Notes: generated by a model not told the origin, from the sequence alone. A DNA stretch of 55,621 nucleotides from a virus (IMGVR_UViG_3300028897_000188:1-55621); one strand, 5' to 3'; positions 11,501 through 20,857 are shown, counted from the stretch's first letter. Translations and numbers: made by a program.

Positions 11501-13582
11501 TATATGCAGATAGGTAGCAATACCAGCCGATGGAGTAGGCCCACCAGCCGACAGGAACCTACTTCCTGTAAAGAACGTATTAAAATATCCATTTGAGTCC
11601 AGAGGATATAGAGGAACAGAAGTAGCAATTCGCTCTTCCTTTGCAGGAGGAGCTAAAAATTCGTGATACAGAACATGCTTGTTAACTGGTCTTACATATT
11701 CCCAGTTTCGTATTAACTCATCTGCTAAAAATTTATTAATGATAAAATCGTCACCAGCAAATAACTCATTAAAAGGCTCAACATCAATCAGCGGCTCCGT
11801 ATTCAGATCCAATTCTACTATGTAATGAGGAGTTATTACTGGATGTCCAGTAGGCCCGACTCCTGTAGTCAAACGTGAAAAATCAACATGCTGTCTGAAA
11901 ACAGTTCCGAAGAACTGACCATCCAATCCGTTAGTGAATGAGTTCATTGCATGGAGTACAGTATAGTCAGGACACGCTTGTAATGTATGAGTAATTATCT
12001 CCGTTAGTTTCTCTTCTCTTCTCTTACCGTCATAAATATAAACTTCTAAAGTAGGAGAACCAGCGGAAGGACATGTCCTGTCTACTCCTATTCTATACCG
12101 TTTGCTGACTTCATAATCAGTCTTGGTTCCTATAGTAGAGTAAATAGTTGCTCCGTATTTCTCATATACAGCAAATCGTCTTTGTGTTCCTACCTTTTCC
12201 ATTGCCACACCAATCCAGTCATTAGGTGTGGTTCCGAATCCATAGACATCTTGACTGACACCATAGAAGATAAAGCTACAGTCTGTAACTGTTTTCGGAG
12301 ACATGGCAACTCCAGCACAATGCTCAAAGTCTCCAGAAAAACTTTGACCAGATAGAGTCAATGTCCTAGTCAAAGTATCAACGGTATCATATGCGGAGAT
12401 TCCTATAGAATATGTTCTGATATCAGTTACAAAAGAATTTAATTCTCTTGGATCATAACAAAGGAAACTTTCAGGTGGCCCACAATCCCATATTTCAGCG
12501 GTACAATTACCACTTGGAGCTTCCGTAGCGTGAACTGGATAGAAAGCAGGATTGAATTGAGAATACCATAAATCTCCTCCTCCACCAGATGGAAACTGAC
12601 CGTAGAATTCCAGCCAATTGTAGTCATTGATAGGATATATTTCTGGCCCAAAATAACTTCTTACTCCAGTAGGAAGTCCAGGGTGAAAGCCTGGAAATCT
12701 GTCATAACTCGCTTCATTCTTTAAAGTGATTCCATCCAGTTCAAATAATTCAGGCTGACACCACTCATCCCACCGTTCATAGACATTCATTACATTTTCA
12801 GAATTTGATAGATACAGTTTGTAGATAATATACAGAGCATTGTAAGCACCAATGCGCTTTAAGAAGTAAATCAGATTTTCTACCCATTCTCGGATATTCA
12901 ATTCTGACATCTCTTCTGCTATTTCTATTCCGTATATCTGAGCAATGTACCCTAACCACTTCAAGTCAATTTCTCTAGCGTCCATTAAAGACCATAGAGT
13001 TTTCAACATTGTATAAGGTTCATGGTGAACTTGATCAAAATAGACTTGTAACCATTCCTTTACATTGGTGGTCTGGTTATGTGCTGGTAAGGCTCTTAAT
13101 GCGTAGTCTTTAAGACCTTCAAATTCTATAGCATAGGTGTTTGAAGATCTACTTACGGGCCAAAGCTTTCCGAAGAAAGCAAATGTTCTTTTTTGATTTA
13201 CATAATTTCTATAGGCTTCATTTTCAGATCTAGCTAGCCAAGCATGGAAGAAGCTATCCTTACGGAAGTACATCTCATTGCCTACACCAACGGCACTTAA
13301 AGCTTCTGTCTCTGTATCTGTACGATACTTCTTGAAGTCATCATAGACCCCACGATACTCCATCTTGAAGCGATTACCATCTATTTCTTTAATGAGAAAC
13401 TTATGACCCACAAATCCTTTGGTAGCATCATTCTCATAGAGAACAGTAAACGCTCCTCCATCCGTCCATATACTTTGCCTTGGGCCAGCTAAGTAAGACA
13501 GTTGAGTACCAGTTTGTCTACTTCCTAAAATATCAAAATATCTTTGAAGTAATTGGTAATTGGGATCTGAAAACTTACCCAT
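8528..13582 (-). CDS. 1684-aa baseplate wedge/tail-I-like protein with appended lectin-like modules and poly-Ser linkers
   Basis: N-terminal LMDAREIDLKWLGYIAQIYG...LKRIGAYNAL resembles P2 gpI/gp7-type wedge domain; WTINHGLG repeats; lies downstream of the gp6 homolog. Confidence 0.65.
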   Translation of the reverse strand: MGKFSDPNYQLLQRYFDILGSRQTGTQLSYLAGPRQSIWTDGGAFTVLYENDATKGFVGHKFLIKEIDGNRFKMEYRGVYDDFKKYRTDTETEALSAVGVGNEMYFRKDSFFHAWLARSENEAYRNYVNQKRTFAFFGKLWPVSRSSNTYAIEFEGLKDYALRALPAHNQTTNVKEWLQVYFDQVHHEPYTMLKTLWSLMDAREIDLKWLGYIAQIYGIEIAEEMSELNIREWVENLIYFLKRIGAYNALYIIYKLYLSNSENVMNVYERWDEWCQPELFELDGITLKNEASYDRFPGFHPGLPTGVRSYFGPEIYPINDYNWLEFYGQFPSGGGGDLWYSQFNPAFYPVHATEAPSGNCTAEIWDCGPPESFLCYDPRELNSFVTDIRTYSIGISAYDTVDTLTRTLTLSGQSFSGDFEHCAGVAMSPKTVTDCSFIFYGVSQDVYGFGTTPNDWIGVAMEKVGTQRRFAVYEKYGATIYSTIGTKTDYEVSKRYRIGVDRTCPSAGSPTLEVYIYDGKRREEKLTEIITHTLQACPDYTVLHAMNSFTNGLDGQFFGTVFRQHVDFSRLTTGVGPTGHPVITPHYIVELDLNTEPLIDVEPFNELFAGDDFIINKFLADELIRNWEYVRPVNKHVLYHEFLAPPAKEERIATSVPLYPLDSNGYFNTFFTGSRFLSAGGPTPSAGIATYLHIQKTSTKTWTINHGLGRYVVIQAWESLEGAGCGKNPTALARRIEPKNVCIIDDDTIELKFAQPVNGWATLAGEAWALTYLHRECGCPDSIWTIFHDFEDTPSGGLVGYPSGVGPLVNFWLHPSSSSSSSSSQSSSSYSSSSSSSSSLSSSSSLSSSSSSISVSSSSKSSSSSYNLALGCETTNCFTFSNYPSGGYITSAGPSAGILYPSGYVPSAGTINGVLQGDVLDYTKVRINEWDQYGGILPVEEQIPHANYLWPYLKFAGHGQLWDRWSYHTAIPIVDGNIVDVSLKWINTYEYSPNSGSFSWVAFLALSESPYDFTNHKSMWGVHNSFYAQLGLDGYPPPSDNCGGAYTQQVLQYRRKHPVAPDRYGEVFACYMPSTLGAAWQGWLRLKGIIRDLGGGNFQLEEHFYYKNYNSPLLGHDDDWVEFWPSGFVGVPELHNLGVSLNPLYIHFGFAAGNVGTDVGNYSVRGHISTITDLCVNVSGGIPCPSSSSSSTSSSSSSSSSISSSYSSNCAEDLLDISGGDPDYHRWGVILNQNNYMGGSPATYFDSPPPTAPSGFGQLNFYRYDNFGAVAGVTRSSEIQSEWTIPNNCPFDISIDWTIETYSVVGAGAYFEFGLHPVLPAANDNPITVRNTYNVGTNRNQLQVRTTLGGSETVFDYGSTSPNNYPVNGRFRIVKPGTGNTLYFYHFDFSQLRWEWAGSTSGEDIRVMLRASTLHPNGTDLDMAFYNFRFLTPPTSACLSCFSSSSSSSSNSSSSSYSSSSSLSSSSESSSSASATTFSFSAPIAGSSAALGFSAATWDGVRNSPTAGGIFLSPTYITGYIGRDSSDWELERSVVTYNVSGIPSASTVVAARMIIVGASVAFFPDDSISPPYTEGMYMEISNHAVPPTIADWDAGTGIQIDNSGQFPDGAAAFTFDFGGAGISYLQSIIGQSLPTGYAKFMFRETYDFTNANPDPNVLPFYGTSGALRIRWSRATEMTFEIDVI

Positions 13583-13811
13583 CGTTATTGTCTCTCCTGA
13601 TTGTTATACCTTTTTCAATAGTTATTTCACCACTATCACCACTTCCAAGCTTATCCATTAATTCAGGAGACAATCTTTGTTCGATGTATATACCATCATC
13701 CTTTCTAATTTCTTTATATATAGTAATTCCAGAAACTACTATAGCTAAAATAGTGGCTATTATCGTTATAATTTTTACTACATTAATTTTTCTTTTGTTG
13801 TGGTTTTCCAT
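13575..13811 (-). CDS. Small membrane-anchored hypothetical protein
   Basis: Single N-terminal hydrophobic helix; overlaps both neighbours. Confidence 0.6.
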   Translation of the reverse strand: MENHNKRKINVVKIITIIATILAIVVSGITIYKEIRKDDGIYIEQRLSPELMDKLGSGDSGEITIEKGITIRRDNNDG

Positions 13812-14121
13812 TTCTTTTTGGTATTTCCCATACCATTTGTCTTACCTTAGTAATTGGAATGAATACTTCATTTCCATTTAACATTGTAATGGTAAGATTT
13901 TGTACATTAATATCTGTTATATATCCTTCTCTTCCGTCATAGATAACTTTCACATTTCTAGAAAGCTCTTTATCCATTCTTACAAAAAAATATGCTACAA
14001 GACTCCTAAGAACTTGAATTATAGCTAATGACAAAATTGCTGTCATTACCATTTGAAGAAAGAAATACCATAATTCAGGAGTGATCGCTGTTACTATATT
14101 TTTTACTGCTTCTTGTTCCAT
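13783..14121 (-). CDS. Small membrane protein with MscS-like beta domain
   Basis: TM helix then VKVIYDGREGYITDI...EVFIPITKV, typical of the MscS middle domain. Confidence 0.5.
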   Translation of the reverse strand: MEQEAVKNIVTAITPELWYFFLQMVMTAILSLAIIQVLRSLVAYFFVRMDKELSRNVKVIYDGREGYITDINVQNLTITMLNGNEVFIPITKVRQMVWEIPKRNGKPQQKKN

Positions 14122-15851
14122 TAGTATTCCTGTACTATTTTTACTGCATCAAAAGCCAAAACTGGAAATTGATTTAAACCTAATTGAATCGGTCTAAGCA
14201 TATTATCTCTATTAGTCCAAGGAGGAGTTACCCATCTTGGATATAGACCATAAGCCGCTGACATAGAATAGATAAATTTATTGCTATTGATATCACGTAT
14301 ATCTATATTTCGTACTCCTTTTATATTCTCAAATTCATTACTAGGTGATATTTGTGTTGTATCCATCAAAAATTCTACAACATCCTTGAAATCCATTTCA
14401 CTATTGAATAATTGATTTTGTGGTCTAAAGTAGTAAATCAATTTATTCAATACATCTTGTGCTACCTCCGTAAAGTTATAGATCCTCTTTATCCGTACTC
14501 CTATCTCAAATGTGAAGTAAACAAGGTCTGGAACTTCAAATACCTCATAAGCTGATATCATTTTTCTTGGAGCTAAATAATTGAGTAATTCATCTTCCCA
14601 TGCTACTGCATATCTAAGCGGTACAAGAGTTGCCGCTGACACTCCCCAGTCAGTCCAGAACATTCCAGCGGAGGTTACTATAGTATTGTTCCCCCATACT
14701 TGAGGAATAACACTTAAATGAACTATATTATACTCCTGTGGGTTTCCAGCGGAAGGAGATATATCTTGTTCTCCCCAAGCATTTGCTCTTATGACATCTG
14801 AACGTGAAGAAAGGTAGGAATTGTAGTCATTCGGGGTAACATCCCTAAATTGCGCTCTTAAAGCGGAAGCAGAGTTGAAGCGGATCTCCGTTATAGTTTC
14901 TGGAGAAGAAGCTCCAATGCTAGCGGCTGAAAGAGAAATTGTAATGGTGTTATTGTTTACAAATGAAGGAATTGGATCTGTAGTTGGATTCCATAACTCC
15001 ATAAACTCATCATCTATAATCTGCCATGTTTCACCAGCATCAGCACCTATAGTTCCCTCTGTTCCTAGAGAATCAAGCACTCTAACATCTATCTTGTCAT
15101 TTACATCTGGAACACTTCTAGCTGAGTTAAAAACTATCTTCTGTCTTTCATATCTATCAAAAATAAACATGTAGACATTATCAGATACTTGAGGAATCAA
15201 ATCTAAATAAAAATCTGAAACCCTTTCCCATTGAGTGGTAGCAGTTCCATCAGAAGGACTAATAAGAACTCTTACTGTAGGATAAACGTCTGTTAAATCA
15301 TCGTCATATGCATAATCTACTGGAAGTATCAATTCATTATCAATTAAATCGTCACCAGAGTATCCTTCTAAGTCTATAATTTGTCCTTGTCTTATTGGAA
15401 GAGGAAATGTTACGGATGGGCCAGAAGCGGTTACTTGGACGGATGCAGTAGTGGCAAATAAAATAGAATTCCCCTCATCGTCTGATCTTCCAGAATTCAA
15501 TTGCTTCCAAGGAAGTACTCTTAGGATATCTCCAGCGTTAGTTCCAGATACAGTCACGGTTACTGTAGCTCTAGCTGATCTTACACCTTTAGGTTCATAT
15601 CCAACTTGCCTAGCTAATCTATTTGCCGCTTCATAAACATCGCAAGTTTCTAAATAAACATTTTTCGCAATCTTGTTTGTGAAGAAAGTAGTCAATTCTC
15701 CAACATATGACATAAGCTCTATAAGAATAGAAATATTAGAACCTTCAAAATTATAATCTCTAAAAACATCATTTTGTTGTAGTTCTTCCCTGAATTTGTC
15801 TACCAATGTTAGAAAGTCAATTTCTAGGTAGCTCGGTATGAATTCTGCCAT
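14121..15851 (-). CDS. Baseplate wedge protein, T4 gp6-like
   Basis: YLEIDF...FRDYNFEGSNISILIELMSY...LARQVGYEPKGVRSA; ETITEIRFN...QFRDVTPNDY. Confidence 0.9.
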   Translation of the reverse strand: MAEFIPSYLEIDFLTLVDKFREELQQNDVFRDYNFEGSNISILIELMSYVGELTTFFTNKIAKNVYLETCDVYEAANRLARQVGYEPKGVRSARATVTVTVSGTNAGDILRVLPWKQLNSGRSDDEGNSILFATTASVQVTASGPSVTFPLPIRQGQIIDLEGYSGDDLIDNELILPVDYAYDDDLTDVYPTVRVLISPSDGTATTQWERVSDFYLDLIPQVSDNVYMFIFDRYERQKIVFNSARSVPDVNDKIDVRVLDSLGTEGTIGADAGETWQIIDDEFMELWNPTTDPIPSFVNNNTITISLSAASIGASSPETITEIRFNSASALRAQFRDVTPNDYNSYLSSRSDVIRANAWGEQDISPSAGNPQEYNIVHLSVIPQVWGNNTIVTSAGMFWTDWGVSAATLVPLRYAVAWEDELLNYLAPRKMISAYEVFEVPDLVYFTFEIGVRIKRIYNFTEVAQDVLNKLIYYFRPQNQLFNSEMDFKDVVEFLMDTTQISPSNEFENIKGVRNIDIRDINSNKFIYSMSAAYGLYPRWVTPPWTNRDNMLRPIQLGLNQFPVLAFDAVKIVQEY

Positions 15852-15852
15852 T

Positions 15853-16062
15853 TTATTTTACTCCTAAAGTTGTTTTTGCATCCTCTATTGCCAACTCAGC
15901 ACTTATTTGGGAACGTCCTACATTACCCATATCCTCTATCTCTACTCTATAGTGACGTTTCTCTTCATCCCAGTAAAGCATAGCATCATAATTGCCTATC
16001 TTTATTGCCTTGCCTTTATCTATAAACTGATGATTTAATTTTAACCAATTATTGAATTTCAT
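15853..16062 (-). CDS. Hypothetical protein
   Basis: 69-aa ORF with GGAG SD, operon-packed. Confidence 0.6.
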   Translation of the reverse strand: MKFNNWLKLNHQFIDKGKAIKIGNYDAMLYWDEEKRHYRVEIEDMGNVGRSQISAELAIEDAKTTLGVK

Positions 16063-16072
16063 TTCTTCTCCG

Positions 16073-16456
16073 TTATCTAGTCAAAACAAAATTGATAGTT
16101 TCGGTATCATCTCTTCCAAGTATAGTAAATCTAATTCTACAGCGATAATAGTTGTCATCTGGTCTAGGTTCTATATCGAAACCTGTTACGGTAACTCTTG
16201 GTTCCCATATATTGATAGCTTCCAATAATCCCTCCGCTATGAGCCTTGCAGTAACTTCATCAATAGGCTCAAATAAAAGTCCTCTGAAATTAGTAGCAAA
16301 AGTAGGCAACATCCTTCTTTCGCCTTGAATAGTCAATATAATGTTACGTATACTATTGAGAATAGCGGCTACATCAACATCTCTTTGAATATCACCATCG
16401 GATTGCCGACTGTAATTTTCGTCTAAATCACTCCAAAAATATGTTTGATCAACCAT
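16073..16456 (-). CDS. Baseplate wedge/sheath initiator, gp25-like
   Basis: AILNSIRNIILTIQGERRMLPTF...LLFEP...WEPRV. Confidence 0.92.
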   Translation of the reverse strand: MVDQTYFWSDLDENYSRQSDGDIQRDVDVAAILNSIRNIILTIQGERRMLPTFATNFRGLLFEPIDEVTARLIAEGLLEAINIWEPRVTVTGFDIEPRPDDNYYRCRIRFTILGRDDTETINFVLTR

Positions 16457-16830
16457 TATTCTTTCCTCTTAGGATCAATTACAATGTCATAAGAATTTTT
16501 TTTAGTGCTACTAGATTTATTTATCTTTTTTTTATCGGGATTTTCGATAATTAGGATGGATTCTGTATTTCTTCTAGACATTATTCTTTCCTTGTTTTTC
16601 CTGTAGTAATTGGCATTGTAATTTTTGACATGATCTTTGTTGTCTTGTTTCCATTTCTTGTCTCTTTTTCTCTTGAGGATTTTATATCTTAAAGACTGTC
16701 TATCTCTTCTATTCCTGTCGCTCTGGCAATCCTTACATTCACCATTTTTCTTATTCGGTCTGGAGCGATTATTGTAGTACTGCTTGTCAAGTCTCCTGTT
16801 TCTGCCACATGTAGGACACACTTTTTTCAT
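16456..16830 (-). CDS. Basic Zn-finger protein (resembles the N-terminus of HNH homing endonucleases; no nuclease domain)
   Basis: CPTC...CKDC followed by a Lys/Arg-rich helix. Confidence 0.55.
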   Translation of the reverse strand: MKKVCPTCGRNRRLDKQYYNNRSRPNKKNGECKDCQSDRNRRDRQSLRYKILKRKRDKKWKQDNKDHVKNYNANYYRKNKERIMSRRNTESILIIENPDKKKINKSSSTKKNSYDIVIDPKRKE

Positions 16831-17201
16831 ACTCTTCTCTTTATAAGCCTTGTGCTATTATAATGTTTGCTCTTAGGATCTTTCACATTGAAATAGTATC
16901 CATGTTTATCCTTATCGACATACTCTAAAAACTTTGGTTTTGTTTTCAGTTCCTTTGCCAATAGTGCTCTATAGACTGTGACTCCCATTGGCTCTTCACC
17001 TTCTTTTATTTTATCAGTCAATTTGCGAGTCAAGTTACGGAGTTTTATCTCATCTATAAGACTAGTAAAAACATTTCCACTAAGACCAGTAAAATTCTTT
17101 TTCTTATGAGCTAAATAGAAACTCAATAGATCCTTATCGCTCATTTTTTCTATATTAACACTAGGAGCTTTCTTCTCCTCTAAATACTGTTTGAATTTCA
17201 T
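16827..17201 (-). CDS. Hypothetical protein with capsid-targeting-like leader
   Basis: Starts MKFKQYLEE; GGAG SD. Confidence 0.65.
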   Translation of the reverse strand: MKFKQYLEEKKAPSVNIEKMSDKDLLSFYLAHKKKNFTGLSGNVFTSLIDEIKLRNLTRKLTDKIKEGEEPMGVTVYRALLAKELKTKPKFLEYVDKDKHGYYFNVKDPKSKHYNSTRLIKRRV

Positions 17202-17211
17202 TTCTCTCTCC

Positions 17212-19035
17212 TTAGATTATTGTCTTTAAAACTTTCTTTCCTCCTTTAGCAAGTTGAGTATAATCCGCTACTCTTCTTGGATTAAAACCACATGCGTTAG
17301 GACACGTAGTACAATGAGCGGTAGCACAACATAGCTTTGAAAGAATCTTGTTCCAATTTTCTTTCGGATGGGCTTCTTTCATTCCTTCAATGGCTTGTTT
17401 CCAGCCCTTGCTACCTGGACTCATATTCTGGTAAAGCTCTTTGTTCTTTAACCTTTCTCCTCTTGCTTTGAAATGCAATAAAGTAATAACATCAACCGCT
17501 GGATCTTTAGAATACCTTACTGCATCCTGTGGGTTATATGCCACTACTCTTATGTTGACGTTGCCTGGATATTGCTTCTTTATACTCTTAGCAATTTCCA
17601 ATTTAAATCCTCTCTGTTCATCTACAGACATATTGATATTAAATACTGGTTTGCCTTTCAGCGGCCCTTCTGTAAACTTACGTCCTCCGTATTTCTTCAC
17701 GAACTTCTCTTGCTTAGTAATTGCCTTTAGTTGAAGCCCCACCAATTGTGCATCTGCAATGATCTTCTCTATCTCTTTATCCGTAGCTTCATTTTCTATA
17801 TAGTCACCAGAAGAGAAGAACCTCAACCCACCCATTCTGTTAAATGTTTCTCTATTTTTTATTCCTGTTTTTGATAGAACATAATTACCATCTTTATCTG
17901 TTTGATATGTTCCATCTTTATTTTTTACTAGCCAGCCCTTGAATGTATCTTGATATCTCAATCCTCTTTTTTCGGCTTTAGCCAAGAAGTATCCAGGATT
18001 CTTTGCCGCTATTTCTCTTCCAGACTCCACATAACAATAGGAACATGTAGGATTATTGGCTTCTGTGACTTGTAATTTTATCTCCCTATCTCTTAACTTC
18101 TTTATGGTTCCCTCATCAGCACCAGATTCAATTGCGTTAGTTAAATCCTTCTGAGCTTCTGCCCACTCTTTCATCATATCAAGAAGTTTTTCTCTCTTTG
18201 GACACACGGTTGACATATCGACTGATTTCTTAGTCTTTGTGTTTCCGTCAATTGCGCTCCATTGTTTTACACATCCTTGAAGCTCCTTTAAATTGTTATA
18301 CTGCTTTGCTCTTATCTTAAATAAAAATTCAAGATATGCTTCTTCTGGAAACCACCCTTTACCAAATTTGTCTTTAGTCCATTCAAATAATTTCGCAACT
18401 TGACCATCTGTACTTCTACCAAGACTTGCTTCAAGATCCACAACACTCTTGAATCTCTTCATTACATTAGTTAATTGTTGCTCACCTTCTTTCTGCTCTT
18501 CCTGCCACGCTTTATACATCTTTATGATGTCATTAGCGAATCTCTGTTTTTCTTTATAGCTCTTGAGATGGTCTGAATATAATTCCTTTTGATCTCTATC
18601 AGCGGTGGCTTGTCTTCCCCAACCAGTAGTAGGACTGGCTTCAAGACCGTGAAGAATATACTTCCCTATAAATGACTTCTTTCCTAAATCATCCAGAGCA
18701 TGGAAAGATATCTTGGCTTTGCTAGTTAAACTTTTGAAAACCTTTTCTACTTCTTTATCCCATTCACTACTTGGCTGAATATCTTTAGTTGCTTGGTATT
18801 CAGCGGCTAGTTCTTTTCGTCTTTTCTTCTCCTCTCTTGATACTTCATTGACTAAGGTAAAATGTTCCTTTTCATCTTCTGTCAATGCTCTCTCAATTGG
18901 ATAATATACATCCTCAAATAAAGGATGTTCAATGAAGAGCCAAGTGTTAACTCCTAATACAATTTCATTAACTTCACGTATCTGATCTTTGAAATTATCA
19001 TTATCGTTTGATCTCAAATACTGGCTTAATCTCAT
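17212..19035 (-). CDS. 607-aa protein with C-terminal GP88-like (radical-SAM-like Fe-S) domain
   Basis: TVCP...CSYCY, LRFFSSGDY, AITK, INMSVD and C-terminal CC..HCTTC..C. Confidence 0.5.
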   Translation of the reverse strand: MRLSQYLRSNDNDNFKDQIREVNEIVLGVNTWLFIEHPLFEDVYYPIERALTEDEKEHFTLVNEVSREEKKRRKELAAEYQATKDIQPSSEWDKEVEKVFKSLTSKAKISFHALDDLGKKSFIGKYILHGLEASPTTGWGRQATADRDQKELYSDHLKSYKEKQRFANDIIKMYKAWQEEQKEGEQQLTNVMKRFKSVVDLEASLGRSTDGQVAKLFEWTKDKFGKGWFPEEAYLEFLFKIRAKQYNNLKELQGCVKQWSAIDGNTKTKKSVDMSTVCPKREKLLDMMKEWAEAQKDLTNAIESGADEGTIKKLRDREIKLQVTEANNPTCSYCYVESGREIAAKNPGYFLAKAEKRGLRYQDTFKGWLVKNKDGTYQTDKDGNYVLSKTGIKNRETFNRMGGLRFFSSGDYIENEATDKEIEKIIADAQLVGLQLKAITKQEKFVKKYGGRKFTEGPLKGKPVFNINMSVDEQRGFKLEIAKSIKKQYPGNVNIRVVAYNPQDAVRYSKDPAVDVITLLHFKARGERLKNKELYQNMSPGSKGWKQAIEGMKEAHPKENWNKILSKLCCATAHCTTCPNACGFNPRRVADYTQLAKGGKKVLKTII

Positions 19036-20465
19036 GTTGCAATTCTCCTGATATAATCATCTATTTCTTTTGGATCTGAAACATCATTGTCCATGATCCA
19101 TTCTGTAGTCTGACGAATCACATCTCCTAATTTCTTTCCAGACTTCATTCCAGTAATAGCCATTACATGGTTTCCGTCCACAAGCTTAATACGTTTGCCT
19201 ACTTCTTTAGTTCCATACTTCTCTTTGATCTTAATAGCCTTATCAATTATCTTTTCAAATTCTCCAGCATGTTTGAAAACTTCTCCTCTGGAAAACTCAT
19301 CTGCTTTACCTACAGCCACAAGCACATCCCAGTTTTCATCATTGACTAGTTTTGCAACTTTAGCTGGACGCATATCAAGGATCTTGTGAAACTTCATATG
19401 ATTGCCTACCGCAAAGACAATGGCATCTCTTTCCTTATTACTCATCCTTAACCTGTCTGCGATTGCATTGACTAGTTGGATGCTTTTTTCTGCGTGACTG
19501 TAGTATGTAGGTGTTCCTCCTGATTTGTGTGGGGCAAAGGTGACTCCTTTTCCGATATCATGTAAAAGTATAGCCAGATTTTTAAGCGGATTTTTAGTAT
19601 CGCTCTTTTTAAGTGCTGACATAACATGACTGTAAACCGTTCCTCCCTCCCCTCTTGTTTCAGGATGGTGTTGTAAATTTTCTCTAAACCATTTCAGATT
19701 CATTACTTCTGGTAAAACATATTTCAATATTTTTAACTCATCCAAAATCTTAATGTAGTTAGCAAATTTCTCTCCGCTCTGAGCCGCTGATTTTAGTAGC
19801 TCTTCCTTGACCCTTTCTGGAGCAAGGCTTAAAATATTCGGAGAAAGTTTCTGAGCCGCTTTTTTAGTTTTCGGATCTATATCAAAATCCAACTTGGAAG
19901 AAAATCTTGCGAGTCTCATCATTCGCAAATAGTCTTCTCCAAATCTCTTAAAAGGATCTCCTACCGTTTTCAAAACCTTGTTCTTGATATCTCTTCTACC
20001 GTCAAAGTAGTCTATGATCTCACCCTTTGCATTTAAGCCCATTGCATTTATAGTAAAATCTCTTCTTCCTACATCGTCTTCAAAGCTTCCTGTAATCTGT
20101 ACGGTGTCTGGTCTTCTACCGTCAAAGTATTTTCCGTCTGTTCTAAACTGAGCTATCTCAAAATCAAAACCACCTTCTTTAGCTACAACTATTCCAAAGT
20201 CTTTAGACTTTCCAATGTCATAAGTCCTAAAGAGTCTGGAAATCTCCTCTATTGGCATGTTTGTAGCAATGTCTACATCATGTGGTTTCAGGTTCCCTAA
20301 GATGATATCTCTTACAGAACCTCCGACTATGTAAGCTTTGTACTTGGCTCTGTTTATCTTATTTAAGATAGAAACTGCCGCTTGCAGTTCCTTATTTCTC
20401 CGTATGTAGTCCTGCCAATCTTTCAATTGCTGTCTAGCTTCTATAAGATATTTTAAAAATTTCAT
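19032..20465 (-). CDS. cca: CCA-adding tRNA nucleotidyltransferase (class II) with HD domain
   Basis: YIVGGSVRD...DVDIAT, RRDFTINAM, RFGEDYLRMMR, ERVKEEL, LLHDIGK. Confidence 0.92.
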   Translation of the reverse strand: MKFLKYLIEARQQLKDWQDYIRRNKELQAAVSILNKINRAKYKAYIVGGSVRDIILGNLKPHDVDIATNMPIEEISRLFRTYDIGKSKDFGIVVAKEGGFDFEIAQFRTDGKYFDGRRPDTVQITGSFEDDVGRRDFTINAMGLNAKGEIIDYFDGRRDIKNKVLKTVGDPFKRFGEDYLRMMRLARFSSKLDFDIDPKTKKAAQKLSPNILSLAPERVKEELLKSAAQSGEKFANYIKILDELKILKYVLPEVMNLKWFRENLQHHPETRGEGGTVYSHVMSALKKSDTKNPLKNLAILLHDIGKGVTFAPHKSGGTPTYYSHAEKSIQLVNAIADRLRMSNKERDAIVFAVGNHMKFHKILDMRPAKVAKLVNDENWDVLVAVGKADEFSRGEVFKHAGEFEKIIDKAIKIKEKYGTKEVGKRIKLVDGNHVMAITGMKSGKKLGDVIRQTTEWIMDNDVSDPKEIDDYIRRIAT

Positions 20466-20857
20466 AAATTATTAGCAAACTGTATCCATTTATTTTTTAT
20501 ATAATTAAAAGGTAAATCTTCACTATATGGATCAGATGTTTTTTTAGCCCATAGTCTCACCACAATCATGTTTGGTGGATATGTTTCTACTTTATCCATT
20601 AGTTTTTTACCTACAACTTTTATTTTGTCTATTTGGTCTTGTGTTAAGTCGGCTTTCAAAAAGGATATATACCCACTAGGACTTGTTTCTATTTTATGGT
20701 CTGATTGAAGCCCTGAATGACTAGCATATGTTTTGTATCCCTTTTTGTTCAATATCACAAGAGCCTTGGCTATTGATTTATCATACCCTGCCTTTGCTCC
20801 TTTTATATGGGTTTCTGGATTAAAAGCAAACTCCTGTATATATCTCTTAAATCTCAT
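20462..20857 (-). CDS. TYW3-like domain protein
   Basis: YDKSIAKALVILNKKGYKTYASHSG...GYISF matches the D-x2-I-x6-LN-x2-G-x2-T-x2-S-x-S-G pattern. Confidence 0.45.
   Translation of the reverse strand: MRFKRYIQEFAFNPETHIKGAKAGYDKSIAKALVILNKKGYKTYASHSGLQSDHKIETSPSGYISFLKADLTQDQIDKIKVVGKKLMDKVETYPPNMIVVRLWAKKTSDPYSEDLPFNYIKNKWIQFANNL

Noticed and set aside
1-13582. Diversity-generating retroelement acting on the giant genes
   Set aside because: No reverse transcriptase in the window, and no ~100-bp repeat pair differing only at adenines was seen
16456-16830. Active HNH homing endonuclease
   Set aside because: Has the Zn-finger/basic N-terminus only; no HNH motif
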